A DNA stretch of 64,000 bases from Candidatus Hydrothermus pacificus (GTDB lineage: Bacteria; Hydrothermota; Hydrothermia; Hydrothermales; Hydrothermaceae). Positions 39,851-49,201 of the stretch are shown piece after piece. The stretch spans positions 6,460 through 70,459 of the forward strand of contig MTOH01000008.1 of the NCBI GenBank assembly GCA_002011615.1, read 5' to 3'. Below the pieces are notes generated by a model. It was not told where the DNA came from. It saw only the letters and a list, made by a program, of their open reading frames with translations, and did not search any database. The position numbers and the translations under genes are program-made. Numbering within the stretch: position 1 is the stretch's first letter; each line of letters opens with the position of its first letter.

Positions 39851-40477
39851 TCATTTTACTCTTTCAAGGGTTATGTAAAGGTTGAGGACCGAGACTGCAA
39901 GGGCAAGGGTGTTTAAAATTATTCCCCAGTTTATCCTGAATTTTTTGGGAATGTAAACCCAGTCCCCTGATTTAAGTTCAAAGTTTTTATCAGTAAGACC
40001 CTTTTTAAGGATTTCGTCAACGTTTATTTTAAGAGAAACAGGTTTTCCCTCCGCGAATCTGACAACCATTACACCTTTAAGGTTTGCATCGGGTGTGGGC
40101 CCTCCTGCAAGGGCTATGTAGTCAGTGATTTTCAGGCCTCGCTGATATTCAACTGCTCCGGGTCTTAAAACTTCTCCGAAAACTGATACATGAGGTAATG
40201 TGGGGCTTTTTAATATTACTGATACAACAGGATGGGTGAAATAGTTTTTAAGTTTCTGTGCAATGAGTTTGCCTGCTTCCTCGGTTGTTAATCCTGCTAT
40301 TTTTACTTCACCTATCAGGGGAAAAGAGATGTTTCCATTGTGCATTACCATAACGGTTCTTGAGAGTTCCTCCTCACCGAGAATTAATATCTCAAGCACA
40401 TCACCGGGTTCAATGTGATAGACTTCCTCTGCAAACAGAGGAAAGATCAAAAACAAAGTTATTAGAAATTTTTTCAT
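39851..40477 (-). CDS. Polysaccharide export protein (Wza-like periplasmic Poly_export/SLBB)
   Basis: Signal peptide, PGDVLEI motif and SLBB-like region. Size is 208 aa. Confidence 0.75.
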   Translation of the reverse strand: MKKFLITLFLIFPLFAEEVYHIEPGDVLEILILGEEELSRTVMVMHNGNISFPLIGEVKIAGLTTEEAGKLIAQKLKNYFTHPVVSVILKSPTLPHVSVFGEVLRPGAVEYQRGLKITDYIALAGGPTPDANLKGVMVVRFAEGKPVSLKINVDEILKKGLTDKNFELKSGDWVYIPKKFRINWGIILNTLALAVSVLNLYITLERVK

Positions 40478-40804
40478 GGTCTCTATTACTTAATATTTTT
40501 TAAAAAAAATTAGACTCCGCCCATCCCGTTTTGTTAAAAAACGGGTATCCATTCTTAAACTCCTATAAAGTAAGCACAGATAAATATTTTACTTCAGTAA
40601 ATTGTTTTTTGTCAATAGCAATAATACCATTTTTTTAAATTTTTTTGTTGCATATTTGCAACTATATTAAAAGTTTTTACATGTAAAATTTTTACATCAT
40701 TTGCGTTAGCTGGCTTCGTATTTCTTTTCAACCCATTAATCATTTATTCATTCTCCCATTCACTGTTTTCACCCTCCATTCAGCCTTTCCATCAGGAGAG
40801 GAAA

Positions 40805-41094
40805 GATTTTGTGGGCAGGTTGTTGTTTTATTTGCCTTGATTTTTTCACCCCCCTCTTTGTCTCCCCCCATCAAGGGGGGAGAAATGGAAGAAGGTAACT
40901 CCGTCAAGGGGGGAGAAGTGGAGGGAAACGATTCCATTAAGAGGAGAGAAGCGAAAGAAGGTAACTCCATCAAGGAGAGGGAACAGAAAAAAGTGGCTCT
41001 TTCAAAGGGAGAGAAGTGGGAAAAAGTGCTTCTATTAAAGAAGAAATGGGAAAAAATGGCTCCATTAAGGGGAAAGGGAGGAAAAGCACCCTGG
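40805..41094 (-). repeat. Composite leader element A: core motif copy 3, a C6/G6 hairpin and 7 degenerate 33-nt tandem repeats
   Basis: Core motif at 40805..40832. Palindrome TCTCCCCCC-ATCAA-GGGGGGAGA at 40861..40883. Tandem units (A/G)TCAAGGGGGGAGAARTGGARGAAGGTAACTCC at 40870..41094. Positions 40807..40916 are about 95% identical to 43717..43826. Confidence 0.6.
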
Positions 41095-41202
41095 CCTTTG
41101 CCGATTCTATCATTTGTGCTGATTGCAATCATTGCGTTTGTTGTGTTAGTCTGGTCCGGTTTGTTCATTTGCTAAAACCTGTGGTCTAGTTCTAATTTTC
41201 GC

Positions 41203-41733
41203 TCAAATCCATTTTAAAAACTCTTCTTTTTTTATCTGAAAAGCACTCCCCGCAAATATTTCTTTTATCCACGCGATTATGAGGTTGTTTTTTTCATTAA
41301 ATTCTTTCACAACTACTGTATAACCTGCAAAAGGACCATTTCTAAAGGTTATTTCTTTACCTCCTTCTATGTTGTAAACAGGGAAAATCTTATCTTTCTT
41401 GTTCTCAACAAGTCTTTTTAGAGAAAATATTTCTTTTTCATCAATTATAGAAGGAATGCCATTAAATTTTACATAACCCATTGAACCCTTTAAATCCATT
41501 GCTATATAAAAGTGTTTTGTTCTTGGAATTGTTTTTAAGAACACGTAAGAGCGAAAAAGAGGAATCTCTACTTCTTTAAAGTTCTTAGACCTTATAATTC
41601 TGGTTGGAAGAAATGATTCTATCTGGAAAGTCTGTAATATATTATAGACTTTTTTCTCATTATTTGGTTTTGTGTAGAGAACGAGCCAAACAGGGTAATT
41701 TATCTCGTAGAAAAAATTCTTCATTCCCTCCAT
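41203..41733 (-). CDS. NusG-family specialised paralogue (RfaH/UpxY/LoaP-like transcription antiterminator)
   Basis: N-terminal NGN domain (WLVLYTKPNNEKKVYNILQTFQIESFLP) and a C-terminal KOW-like region (GPFAGYTVVVKEFN). Size is 176 aa. It is embedded in the polysaccharide locus, 10 nt downstream of the preceding gene. Confidence 0.7.
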   Translation of the reverse strand: MEGMKNFFYEINYPVWLVLYTKPNNEKKVYNILQTFQIESFLPTRIIRSKNFKEVEIPLFRSYVFLKTIPRTKHFYIAMDLKGSMGYVKFNGIPSIIDEKEIFSLKRLVENKKDKIFPVYNIEGGKEITFRNGPFAGYTVVVKEFNEKNNLIIAWIKEIFAGSAFQIKKEEFLKWI

Positions 41734-41743
41734 TTATAGGATT

Positions 41744-43381
41744 CTATTTACCGAGAAGTTTTAATCTTCTTTCAGTCTTTTTGAGGTATTCTCTTGCCTT
41801 TGAATTACCGGGGTCGGCTGCAAGGACTTTTTTGAGAAGCTCTTTTGCCCTGCCGTAATTGGCTTTCTGGTATTCCGTTATTGCCTGATTGAGCATCCTC
41901 TGAATCTGAGACTTTGTATAGGCGGGTTTTGAAGGCTTTTTGGCAGGCTTCTTCGGTGTAACTTTTTTTCTTGCCAGTTCTTCTGAAAGGGATTTTATCT
42001 TTGCACTTGCTTCCTCATTCTCAGGGTCAAGTTTTAAAACCTCCTGCCATGCCTTTATTGCATTCTGTAATTGCCCTTTTGATTCGTATTCAAGAGCAGA
42101 ACTTCTTGCAGATACTATTTTGTTCTGATAAAGGGTCAGGAATTGAGAATATTCTTTTGAAAGACCGGGATATGCGGGATATATCTTTTTAGCCTGCTCA
42201 TAGTCCTTTTTTGCCTGATAAAAGTTGCCTTTTTCCACATTCTCCCTCGCTGATTTTATGTAGGTAAAGGCTCTTTCTTTTCTTGTTATTTTTAGAGTTA
42301 AAGGGATTTTCACGGTTAATCTTTTTCTTCCTTTTTTGATATTCAGTTTAACCTTAAGGGTTTTATATTCGGGCATGCTTATTTTAACCATGTAAATTCC
42401 TGGCATGAGTTCGTAAGAAACATTTCCTTTTTCATCGGTTTTTAAAGGAGGAAGTTTTGTTTCAGTAAAGCTTATAATTGCATTTTTTAAGGGTTCTTTT
42501 ATCTCTTTATCGTAAACGCTAAAGGTTACATACACAGGAAGGGGTTTTGTCGGTATTATATTTGAATTTACTGTTAAGGCTCCTGTGAATCTGTAAAAGG
42601 GATGTTCCTCCTCTTTTACAAAGAATAGTCCTTCAAGTTTTGTGAAGGCAAGAGCAAAACTAAATCCACCTGTTTGAACTTTCAAGCCCATATTCAGGTC
42701 TCTTCCGTCTATCTCGGTTATGAATGAAAGATATGGGAGAATGTTTATTTTAGCACCTCCAAAAAGTCCCAGAGAAAGGTCGTGATAGGAGTCCATGTAG
42801 TGATCTATATTTAGATATTTGCTTCTGGGTCCGTATCCTATGAACTCACCTCTTCCAAGACCCAGACTCATTTCAAACCTTTCACCAAAGGTCTTTGTGG
42901 CAACGAGATAGAGGGAAAATATTTCAGGATTTCTTCTGAATTTGCCTTTATAGTTTTCGTCTCTGAAACCACCTTCAGGAGGCTCTCCACCTGCCGGATT
43001 TATATACCTTTTATAGGAAATATTTCTTATCCCAACTGCAAGGGCAGGATAATTGGCAAATTCCTCCATTATCAAGTAGGAAAAATCTGCTGATATTTCG
43101 CTCAGAGTGTATATCTTTAATCCTATCATATACTTTTTAAAGAAACTGACATATCCAAAAAGGTCAAAGTTTGAGGGGTGAGGCTCTATAGATTTATCAT
43201 AATTTTTGAGGGCAATTGAAGATGTGAGGCCTGCCTCCCAGTAAATGTTTTCTACAGGGAATTTTGCAGTAGGGGACTCGAAAATAGTGCTGGAATTGAT
43301 TGCTTGAGAGAAAAGTAAAGATATTATAAAAAGATTTATAAATACACCACACCCCACTTTTTTTATGCACCTCATTTGCAC
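41744..43381 (-). CDS. Secreted protein with N-terminal beta-rich domain, Ig/CarboxypepD_reg-like domain and C-terminal TPR repeats
   Basis: Signal peptide and a PKKPAKKPSKP basic linker, with TPR-like helices at both ends. Size is 545 aa. It is the first gene downstream of leader element B. Confidence 0.5.
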   Translation of the reverse strand: MQMRCIKKVGCGVFINLFIISLLFSQAINSSTIFESPTAKFPVENIYWEAGLTSSIALKNYDKSIEPHPSNFDLFGYVSFFKKYMIGLKIYTLSEISADFSYLIMEEFANYPALAVGIRNISYKRYINPAGGEPPEGGFRDENYKGKFRRNPEIFSLYLVATKTFGERFEMSLGLGRGEFIGYGPRSKYLNIDHYMDSYHDLSLGLFGGAKINILPYLSFITEIDGRDLNMGLKVQTGGFSFALAFTKLEGLFFVKEEEHPFYRFTGALTVNSNIIPTKPLPVYVTFSVYDKEIKEPLKNAIISFTETKLPPLKTDEKGNVSYELMPGIYMVKISMPEYKTLKVKLNIKKGRKRLTVKIPLTLKITRKERAFTYIKSARENVEKGNFYQAKKDYEQAKKIYPAYPGLSKEYSQFLTLYQNKIVSARSSALEYESKGQLQNAIKAWQEVLKLDPENEEASAKIKSLSEELARKKVTPKKPAKKPSKPAYTKSQIQRMLNQAITEYQKANYGRAKELLKKVLAADPGNSKAREYLKKTERRLKLLGK

Positions 43382-43714
43382 CTCCTAAGAATAAAAAAAA
43401 TTATACACTAAAAAAAACCGGTTTGTCAACAAGAAGGATTAAAAAATATCTGGGTCCGGGCTTGTAAATTTACTTTAACTATCATATATAATTATAATAT
43501 CTTTGGTTTTATTTATTTTAAAAAGGCTCCGCCCTGTTTTACATGTATAGCATAATTATAATATTTAAATATTAAGACTTTATAAAAATTTTGTAAAGAT
43601 TTTGTTAATTTTTGTATTTTTCACTTATTTTTCGTTATTTTAGTTTTTAATATTTTTACTCATTCTCCCATTTGATATTTTCACCTTCCCTTAATCTTCT
43701 TATCAAGGCAGAGA

Positions 43715-43909
43715 AGGTTTTGTGGGCGGGTTGTTATTTTATTTGCCTTGATTTTTTCACCCCCCTCTTTGTCTCCCCCCATCAAGGGGGGAGAAGTGAA
43801 GGAAGGTAACTCTGTCAAAGAGAAGGAATAGAAAAAAGTGCTCTCATCAAGGCAGGAGAAATGGAAGGGAACGGTTACATCAAGGAGTGAGAAATATGAG
43901 AAAGGGTTT
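43715..43909 (-). repeat. Composite leader element B: core motif copy 4, a C6/G6 hairpin and 4 degenerate 33-nt tandem repeats
   Basis: Core GGTTTTGTGGGCGGGTTGTTATTTTATT at 43715..43742. Hairpin at 43771..43793. Tandem units at 43780..43909. It is a paralogue of element A. Confidence 0.6.
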
Positions 43910-43954
43910 GTTTTGACTTTCTATTTTTTCACAACTTCTAATTTTTGTATACCA

Positions 43955-44587
43955 TTAGAATTTATATTCTACAAAAATCTTTCCCCTGTCCTTTTGCATC
44001 CTGAATCCCATTTTCCATTTCTCTATTTTTTTCTTTGAAAGGAAGTAGGTTTCTATAAAAGAAGTGATATGATTTAAAACAATGCCCAGGAAAACAAGTC
44101 TTTTCCGTTGTTCCAGTTTTCTCTCCTTTGCTCTCAGGTTGATAAATCTTATCCATTCCCTTTCTGATGACCATTTCCATTTGTCTTTTATCCTGTGTTT
44201 TTCCACATATTCTTCCTGTGCCTTTAAATCGTTCGGGTAGATACTTCTTGCCTGTCTTCTTAAGTATTCAATATACTGGTCATAGGAAAAATAGTCCTCA
44301 ACCTTTATCCAGTAGTCCTCGGATTTTATACCGGGGTTGGCATCTGCATAAATATTTGCGAAAACGCGATAATCGCTCACAATATTGTTAACATTGTTGT
44401 TCATAAGGAAATAGGAAAATAAAAGGGTAGCTTCAGAAAAAAAGAAGAGTTTTGCAACTTCTTTATCTCCTGAAAGGTAGTTTCCAAGACCGGGAACAAT
44501 TCCTGAAAATCCTGCATAAATCAGAGGATTTTCAAACTTTGGCATGCTGAAATTAAATATTATCTCCATAAGAATTAAGGCTTTCAA
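43955..44587 (-). CDS. Hypothetical membrane protein (210 aa)
   Basis: N- and C-terminal hydrophobic helices. The start overlaps the gyrA stop region. Confidence 0.35.
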   Translation of the reverse strand: MKALILMEIIFNFSMPKFENPLIYAGFSGIVPGLGNYLSGDKEVAKLFFFSEATLLFSYFLMNNNVNNIVSDYRVFANIYADANPGIKSEDYWIKVEDYFSYDQYIEYLRRQARSIYPNDLKAQEEYVEKHRIKDKWKWSSEREWIRFINLRAKERKLEQRKRLVFLGIVLNHITSFIETYFLSKKKIEKWKMGFRMQKDRGKIFVEYKF

Positions 44588-47010
44588 ATTTCTTCCTCCT
44601 TTTTTATAACGCAGGCATCAACAAGAACATCGTTCTTTTTAAGCCTTATAAGTTTTATGCCTGACGCTCCTCTTTTAAGTCTTTTTATACTGGAAACTTT
44701 GATTCTTAAAACATTACCTTCTTTTGTCATCAAAATAATCTCATCATCTTTACCTGCACTTTTTACCCATAGCAGATTGCCTGTCTTTTCAATAATCTTA
44801 TGAAACAGGATTCCCTTGCCTCCTCTATGGAAAGCTCTTATCTCCTCTGGTTTAACTCTTTTACCAAATCCTTTTTCTGTTATTGATATTATGTCTTCTC
44901 CTTCTCTCACCACAGTTCCTCTTGCAACCTGCTCACCTTCAGAAACTTTTATACCTTTAACCCCGTAAGCATTCCTGCCCATAGACCTTACCTCATCTGA
45001 ATTTATCTTTATTGCAAGTCCTGTATTTTTGGCAAATATGACTTCGTCACTCTTTTTAAGTTTCAAAACATCAACAAGTTCGTCATTTTTCGGTAGAGAA
45101 AGAGAAATAATTCCTCTCCTTCCTGCATTTCTAAATGCATACACGGGAGTCTTTTTTATAATTCCTCTTTTGGTTATAAAGAACACATATTCTTCTGAAG
45201 TCCATGCGGTGGTGCTTATCATATCAACTATTTTCTCATCCTCTGTAACAGGGAAAATAGTGCTTATGTGTTTACCTCTGCTCTGCAGGCTGCCTTCGGG
45301 AATTTCAAACCCCTTTACAGAATAACATTTCCCTCTATGAGTAAAAAGAAGCACATAATCATGGGTATCACATGTAAATATAACCTTTGGAAAATCTCCT
45401 TCATAGAGAAATACTCCGCTCCTTCCGACCCCTCCTTTTCTCTGAGACCTTATTGAAGAAACAGGAATGCGTTTTACAAAACCTGATTCTGTAAGGATAA
45501 CCATAATTTTTTCCTGCTGGATAAGGTCTTCAATCTTTATTTCCTCACGTTCTTTTTCAAGAATAAGTGTTTTTCTCTCATCTCCATATTTTTTCTTTAT
45601 TTCTTCAAACTCCTTCTGGATTACATCGAGTAGTAATTTCCTATTTCTCAGGGTAGTTCTATATTTTTCAATATCCTTAATTAAATTCGCGTATTCTTCT
45701 TCAATTTTATTTCTCTCAAGCCTTGTAAGGTTCTGGAGTCTCATATCCAGAATCGCCTGTGCCTGTTTTTCCGTGAGTGAGAATTCTTTCATCAGTTTTT
45801 CCCTTGCTTCTTTTGGTTCTTTTGAGGTTTTTATAAGGTTGACCACCTTATCTATATTGGCAATTGCAACCTTGAAGCCTTCCAGTATATGTGCTCTTTC
45901 CTCTGCCTTTTTTAAAAGGAACTCTATTTTTCTTCTTGTAACTTCTTCTCTGTGTTTTAAATAAAGAAAAATCATATCCTTAAGAGACAGGATTTTAGGT
46001 TCACCATCCACAAGGGCAAGCATTATTGCGCCAAAGGTAATCTCAAGGGGTGCTAATTTGTAAAGAAGGTTCATAACAACATTTTCATTAATCCCTCTTT
46101 TTAACTCCAGAACAATTCTTATACCTTCTCTGTCAGATTCATCTCTCAGGTCAGATATGCCCTCTATTCTTTTTTCCCTGACAAGCCTGGCTATTTTTTC
46201 AATCAGAGATGACTTGTTAACCTGATACGGGATTTCTGTTATAACTATCTTTTTGTGCCCTCTTGTGCCTTCTTCAACAGTTGCTTTTCCTCTTAAAACA
46301 ATTCTGCCTCTACCTGTGAGATAACAGTCCCTTATGCCTGATTTGCCCAGTATGATTCCACCTGTGGGAAAATCAGGTCCTTTAACTATTTTCATTATCT
46401 CTTCATCATCTGCATCAGGATTGTTTATAAGAAGGATGAGGGCATCAATTATTTCTTTTATATTGTGAGGAGGTATATTGGTTGCCATTCCTACAGCTAT
46501 ACCTGAAGAACCGTTTACAAGAAGGTTTGGAAACTTTGAAGGCAAGACAAAAGGCTCTTTTAATTTGCCATCAAAATTCGGGATAAAATCAACAGTGTTT
46601 TTATCAATATCTTCAAGCATTAACATGGCAAAAGGTGAAAGTTTTGCTTCTGTATATCTATAAGCAGCAGGCGGGTCACCATCAACAGAGCCAAAATTCC
46701 CCTGTCCGTTAATTAAAGGGTATCTGAGTGAGAAATTCTGAGCCATTCTGACAAGAGCATCGTAAACAGCCATGTCTCCGTGAGGGTGGTATTTACCGAG
46801 AACCTCTCCCACAACATTTGCACATTTTTTAAAGGGCTTATCAGGAGTTAAGTCGAGTTCAAGCATTGCATATAGAATTCTCCTGTGAACAGGTTTTAAA
46901 CCATCTCTTACATCGGGAAGAGCCCTTCCAACTATCACACTCATAGCATAATCTATATAACTGGTCTTCATCTCGTCTTCTATATACACAAGATCTATTT
47001 TTTCAGGCAT
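44584..47010 (-). CDS. gyrA: DNA gyrase subunit A
   Basis: 808 aa with an AAMRYTE-type active-site Tyr region ([10 protein letters not shown]) and a QRDR-like region ([17 protein letters not shown]). C-terminal beta-pinwheel repeats are present. Confidence 0.95.
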   Translation of the reverse strand: MPEKIDLVYIEDEMKTSYIDYAMSVIVGRALPDVRDGLKPVHRRILYAMLELDLTPDKPFKKCANVVGEVLGKYHPHGDMAVYDALVRMAQNFSLRYPLINGQGNFGSVDGDPPAAYRYTEAKLSPFAMLMLEDIDKNTVDFIPNFDGKLKEPFVLPSKFPNLLVNGSSGIAVGMATNIPPHNIKEIIDALILLINNPDADDEEIMKIVKGPDFPTGGIILGKSGIRDCYLTGRGRIVLRGKATVEEGTRGHKKIVITEIPYQVNKSSLIEKIARLVREKRIEGISDLRDESDREGIRIVLELKRGINENVVMNLLYKLAPLEITFGAIMLALVDGEPKILSLKDMIFLYLKHREEVTRRKIEFLLKKAEERAHILEGFKVAIANIDKVVNLIKTSKEPKEAREKLMKEFSLTEKQAQAILDMRLQNLTRLERNKIEEEYANLIKDIEKYRTTLRNRKLLLDVIQKEFEEIKKKYGDERKTLILEKEREEIKIEDLIQQEKIMVILTESGFVKRIPVSSIRSQRKGGVGRSGVFLYEGDFPKVIFTCDTHDYVLLFTHRGKCYSVKGFEIPEGSLQSRGKHISTIFPVTEDEKIVDMISTTAWTSEEYVFFITKRGIIKKTPVYAFRNAGRRGIISLSLPKNDELVDVLKLKKSDEVIFAKNTGLAIKINSDEVRSMGRNAYGVKGIKVSEGEQVARGTVVREGEDIISITEKGFGKRVKPEEIRAFHRGGKGILFHKIIEKTGNLLWVKSAGKDDEIILMTKEGNVLRIKVSSIKRLKRGASGIKLIRLKKNDVLVDACVIKKEEEI

Positions 47011-47022
47011 ATTCTGACCTCC

Positions 47023-48006
47023 TTAAAAATTTATTTTTACAAACTTTTCTCTGCATTTTTTGATTTTACCGAGAAAATAACAGGGTTCTTTTTTTCTTTT
47101 AAAATAGTTGTTTATTTTTATTTTATCTTTTTTATCCACTATCATTATGATTCCTATTCCCATATTAAACACCCTGAACATTTCTTCCCATTCAACATTG
47201 CCTTTTTCTTTAATAAATTTGAAGATTTCAGGAAATTTAAAATCTTTAAAATCAATTTCAGCACAGAGATTTTCTGATAAAACCCTTTTAAGGTTTCCTT
47301 CAAAACCACCGCCTGTTATATGGACAAGAGCTTTAATATAATTCTTTTTAATTAAAGGATAAACAAGTTTGTAATAACTTTTATGGGGTTTAAGAAGTAT
47401 GTTTTTTAACTTCTTTCCTTTTAATTTTGAATCCAGATTTATCCTGTTGTTTTTTAAGATTTTTCTAACAAGAGAATAACCGTTGGTATGCAGACCCGAA
47501 GATGCAAGCCCGTATAATAAATCACCCGGTTTTAACCTCTTTGGCAGGATTTCTTTTCTGCCGGCTATCCCGACCATGCATCCAACAAGGTCAAAGTTAC
47601 CACTTTTATAGACATCGGGCATCTCAGCAGTTTCACCTCCCAGCAGAAAAGCATCGTTATCTCTCAATGCCCTGTTTATGCCTTTTACAATCTGGAGAGT
47701 GTCAACTTCTTTAAGATTTGAGGATGCAATGTAATCAAGGAAAAAAAGTGGTCTTGCACCGGAACATAAAAGGTCGTTCACACAGTGATTAACAATATCA
47801 ACTCCTACACCCTCCAGATAACCTGCCTCTCTTGCAAGAATAACCTTGGTTCCCACACCGTCTATTGTGGCGGAAAGGTATTTATCCTTTTCTATTTTGA
47901 TGAGGCCGGCAAATCTCTCTTTTGAAATGTTCTGAAGAAATTTTTTAATTTTTGTCTTCAGCGCATCAGCATAATCTATGTCAACTCCTGCTTCTTTATA
48001 TTTCAT
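47023..48006 (-). CDS. purM: Phosphoribosylformylglycinamidine cyclo-ligase (AIR synthetase)
   Basis: GVDIDYADAL...TIDGVGTKV... PurM N-domain signature. Size is 327 aa. Confidence 0.9.
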   Translation of the reverse strand: MKYKEAGVDIDYADALKTKIKKFLQNISKERFAGLIKIEKDKYLSATIDGVGTKVILAREAGYLEGVGVDIVNHCVNDLLCSGARPLFFLDYIASSNLKEVDTLQIVKGINRALRDNDAFLLGGETAEMPDVYKSGNFDLVGCMVGIAGRKEILPKRLKPGDLLYGLASSGLHTNGYSLVRKILKNNRINLDSKLKGKKLKNILLKPHKSYYKLVYPLIKKNYIKALVHITGGGFEGNLKRVLSENLCAEIDFKDFKFPEIFKFIKEKGNVEWEEMFRVFNMGIGIIMIVDKKDKIKINNYFKRKKEPCYFLGKIKKCREKFVKINF

Positions 48007-49108
48007 ATCTCCACATTATGTCTTCTGCTATTCTTTTTATCGGATTTTTCATTAATTTTAAAACTTTTCTGTATTCTTCAATGTCCTTACCATAGGGGTC
48101 ATAAATATCCATCTTATTTGATGAATAGCCTGAAAGAAGCCTGACTTTTTCTCCAAAACCGAGATAGGAGAGTCTGGCAAAATGTTTTCTTTCCATTACA
48201 AATATAAAATCAGCCCATTCAAGGGTCTCAACATCAATGGGTCGCGCTTTATGGAAAGATAAATCCATTCCCATTTCTTTGAGAACCTTCATGGCATTTT
48301 CACTTAGCCGACTTCCCGGAACAGGGTTTATGCCCCTTGATTTTATTCTCACAATTTTCCTTAAACCAGAGGGTAAATATTTTTTCATAAGTCCCATTGC
48401 CATGGGTGACCTGCAGGTATTGCCGGTGCATATAAAGAGTATATTAAGAGTAATATCTCTGTTCAGTTTAATCTTCCGCAGGATTGTTTCTTCTATTGTA
48501 ACTATTGATACAGGACCTTTACGTAAAAGTTTAAAGGGGTGTGTTGAAACATCAAGCACAGTAGAAGGGGGAAGCCCATAGGAATTCTCCGGGAGCACAT
48601 AATCAACCTGTTTTTTTATAAGTGAATCAATCCTTTTGTATCCTCTAACAGGAGATTTCCCTGAAACATTGGCTGATGTAGTCGCAAGTGGTCCTGTTTT
48701 ATCAATTAATTCAAGGATTAAAGGATAATCAGGAATCCTTATACCCACCTTTTTATCCTTTGATATCCATAAAAAATTTGCGTTCAGTTTTGATTTAAAA
48801 ACAAGGGTCAGAGGGCCTGGCCAGAATTCGGAAATTATTTTTTCTCTCAAAATTCCGAGCTTTAAAGGCATCACAAATTTTTTTAATTCATTTTTGCTGT
48901 TAATAAATATAATGAGAGGTTTATCAAATTTTCTTTTTTTTATAGAATATATTTTTTTCTGACCTTTGAGGTTTAAAAAATGGGTCCCCAGACCCATCAC
49001 TGTATCTGTAGGTAATGCTATTACACCACCTTTCTTTATAACTTCACCTGCTTTCTCTATCTCCAGCTTTCTTGTGAGAGCATTCATAAAAACTAACAGA
49101 AAGCCCAC
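47996..49108 (-). CDS. L-threonylcarbamoyladenylate synthase (Sua5/YrdC/TsaC) fused to a low-molecular-weight protein tyrosine/arginine phosphatase
   Basis: N-terminal YrdC fold (GGVIALPTDTVMGLG). The C-terminal LMW-PTP P-loop is ILFICTGNTCRSPMAMG (CX5R). Size is 370 aa. Confidence 0.75.
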   Translation of the reverse strand: MGFLLVFMNALTRKLEIEKAGEVIKKGGVIALPTDTVMGLGTHFLNLKGQKKIYSIKKRKFDKPLIIFINSKNELKKFVMPLKLGILREKIISEFWPGPLTLVFKSKLNANFLWISKDKKVGIRIPDYPLILELIDKTGPLATTSANVSGKSPVRGYKRIDSLIKKQVDYVLPENSYGLPPSTVLDVSTHPFKLLRKGPVSIVTIEETILRKIKLNRDITLNILFICTGNTCRSPMAMGLMKKYLPSGLRKIVRIKSRGINPVPGSRLSENAMKVLKEMGMDLSFHKARPIDVETLEWADFIFVMERKHFARLSYLGFGEKVRLLSGYSSNKMDIYDPYGKDIEEYRKVLKLMKNPIKRIAEDIMWRYEI

Positions 49109-49174
49109 GGACGGAATTGAACCGCCGACCTCGTCCTTACCAAGGACGTGCTCTGCCGACTGAGCTACGTGGGC
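49102..49174 (-). tRNA. tRNA-Thr (anticodon GGU)
   Basis: Reverse complement GCCCACGTAGCTCAGTCGGCAGAGCACGTCCTTGGTAAGGACGAGGTCGGCGGTTCAATTCCGTCCGTGGGCT folds as a cloverleaf. It has a 7-bp acceptor stem, a GGT anticodon in the CTTGGTAAG loop and a TTCAATT T-loop. No encoded CCA. Confidence 0.85.
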
Positions 49175-49201
49175 ATTTTTACTTTATTATTATAAGGAAA
49201 A

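Noticed and set aside
40527-40547. Hairpin CCCGTTTT-GTTA-AAAACGGG in the wza leader as an intrinsic terminator
   Set aside because: Neither strand has a proper U-tract immediately 3' of the stem. A similar GGCTCCGCCC block recurs in the paralogous leader at 43533, so it is more likely part of the shared leader structure.
40870-41094. Possible CRISPR array suggested by regularly spaced G6-containing repeats
   Set aside because: Units are contiguous, with no spacers, and diverge progressively. There are no cas genes. It is a degenerate tandem repeat, not CRISPR.
40837-41175. Plus-strand 112-aa ORF with 11-aa tandem repeats (KGGEMEEGNSV...) and a C-terminal hydrophobic helix, overlapping the 33-nt repeat array
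   Set aside because: The periodicity is just the 33-nt DNA repeat read in frame. The paralogous array at 43780..43909 carries an in-frame stop (gaaTAGaaa) and has no equivalent ORF. A minus-strand ORF over the same repeats is equally low-complexity. Treated as non-coding repeat.
34537-43742. Sigma-54 promoter interpretation of the core motif (TGGGCAGGTTGTTGTT versus TGGCAC-N5-TTGC)
   Set aside because: The GG/GC spacing does not fit the −24/−12 consensus. The element is on the wrong strand relative to the downstream minus-strand genes. No RpoN-dependent activator gene is nearby.
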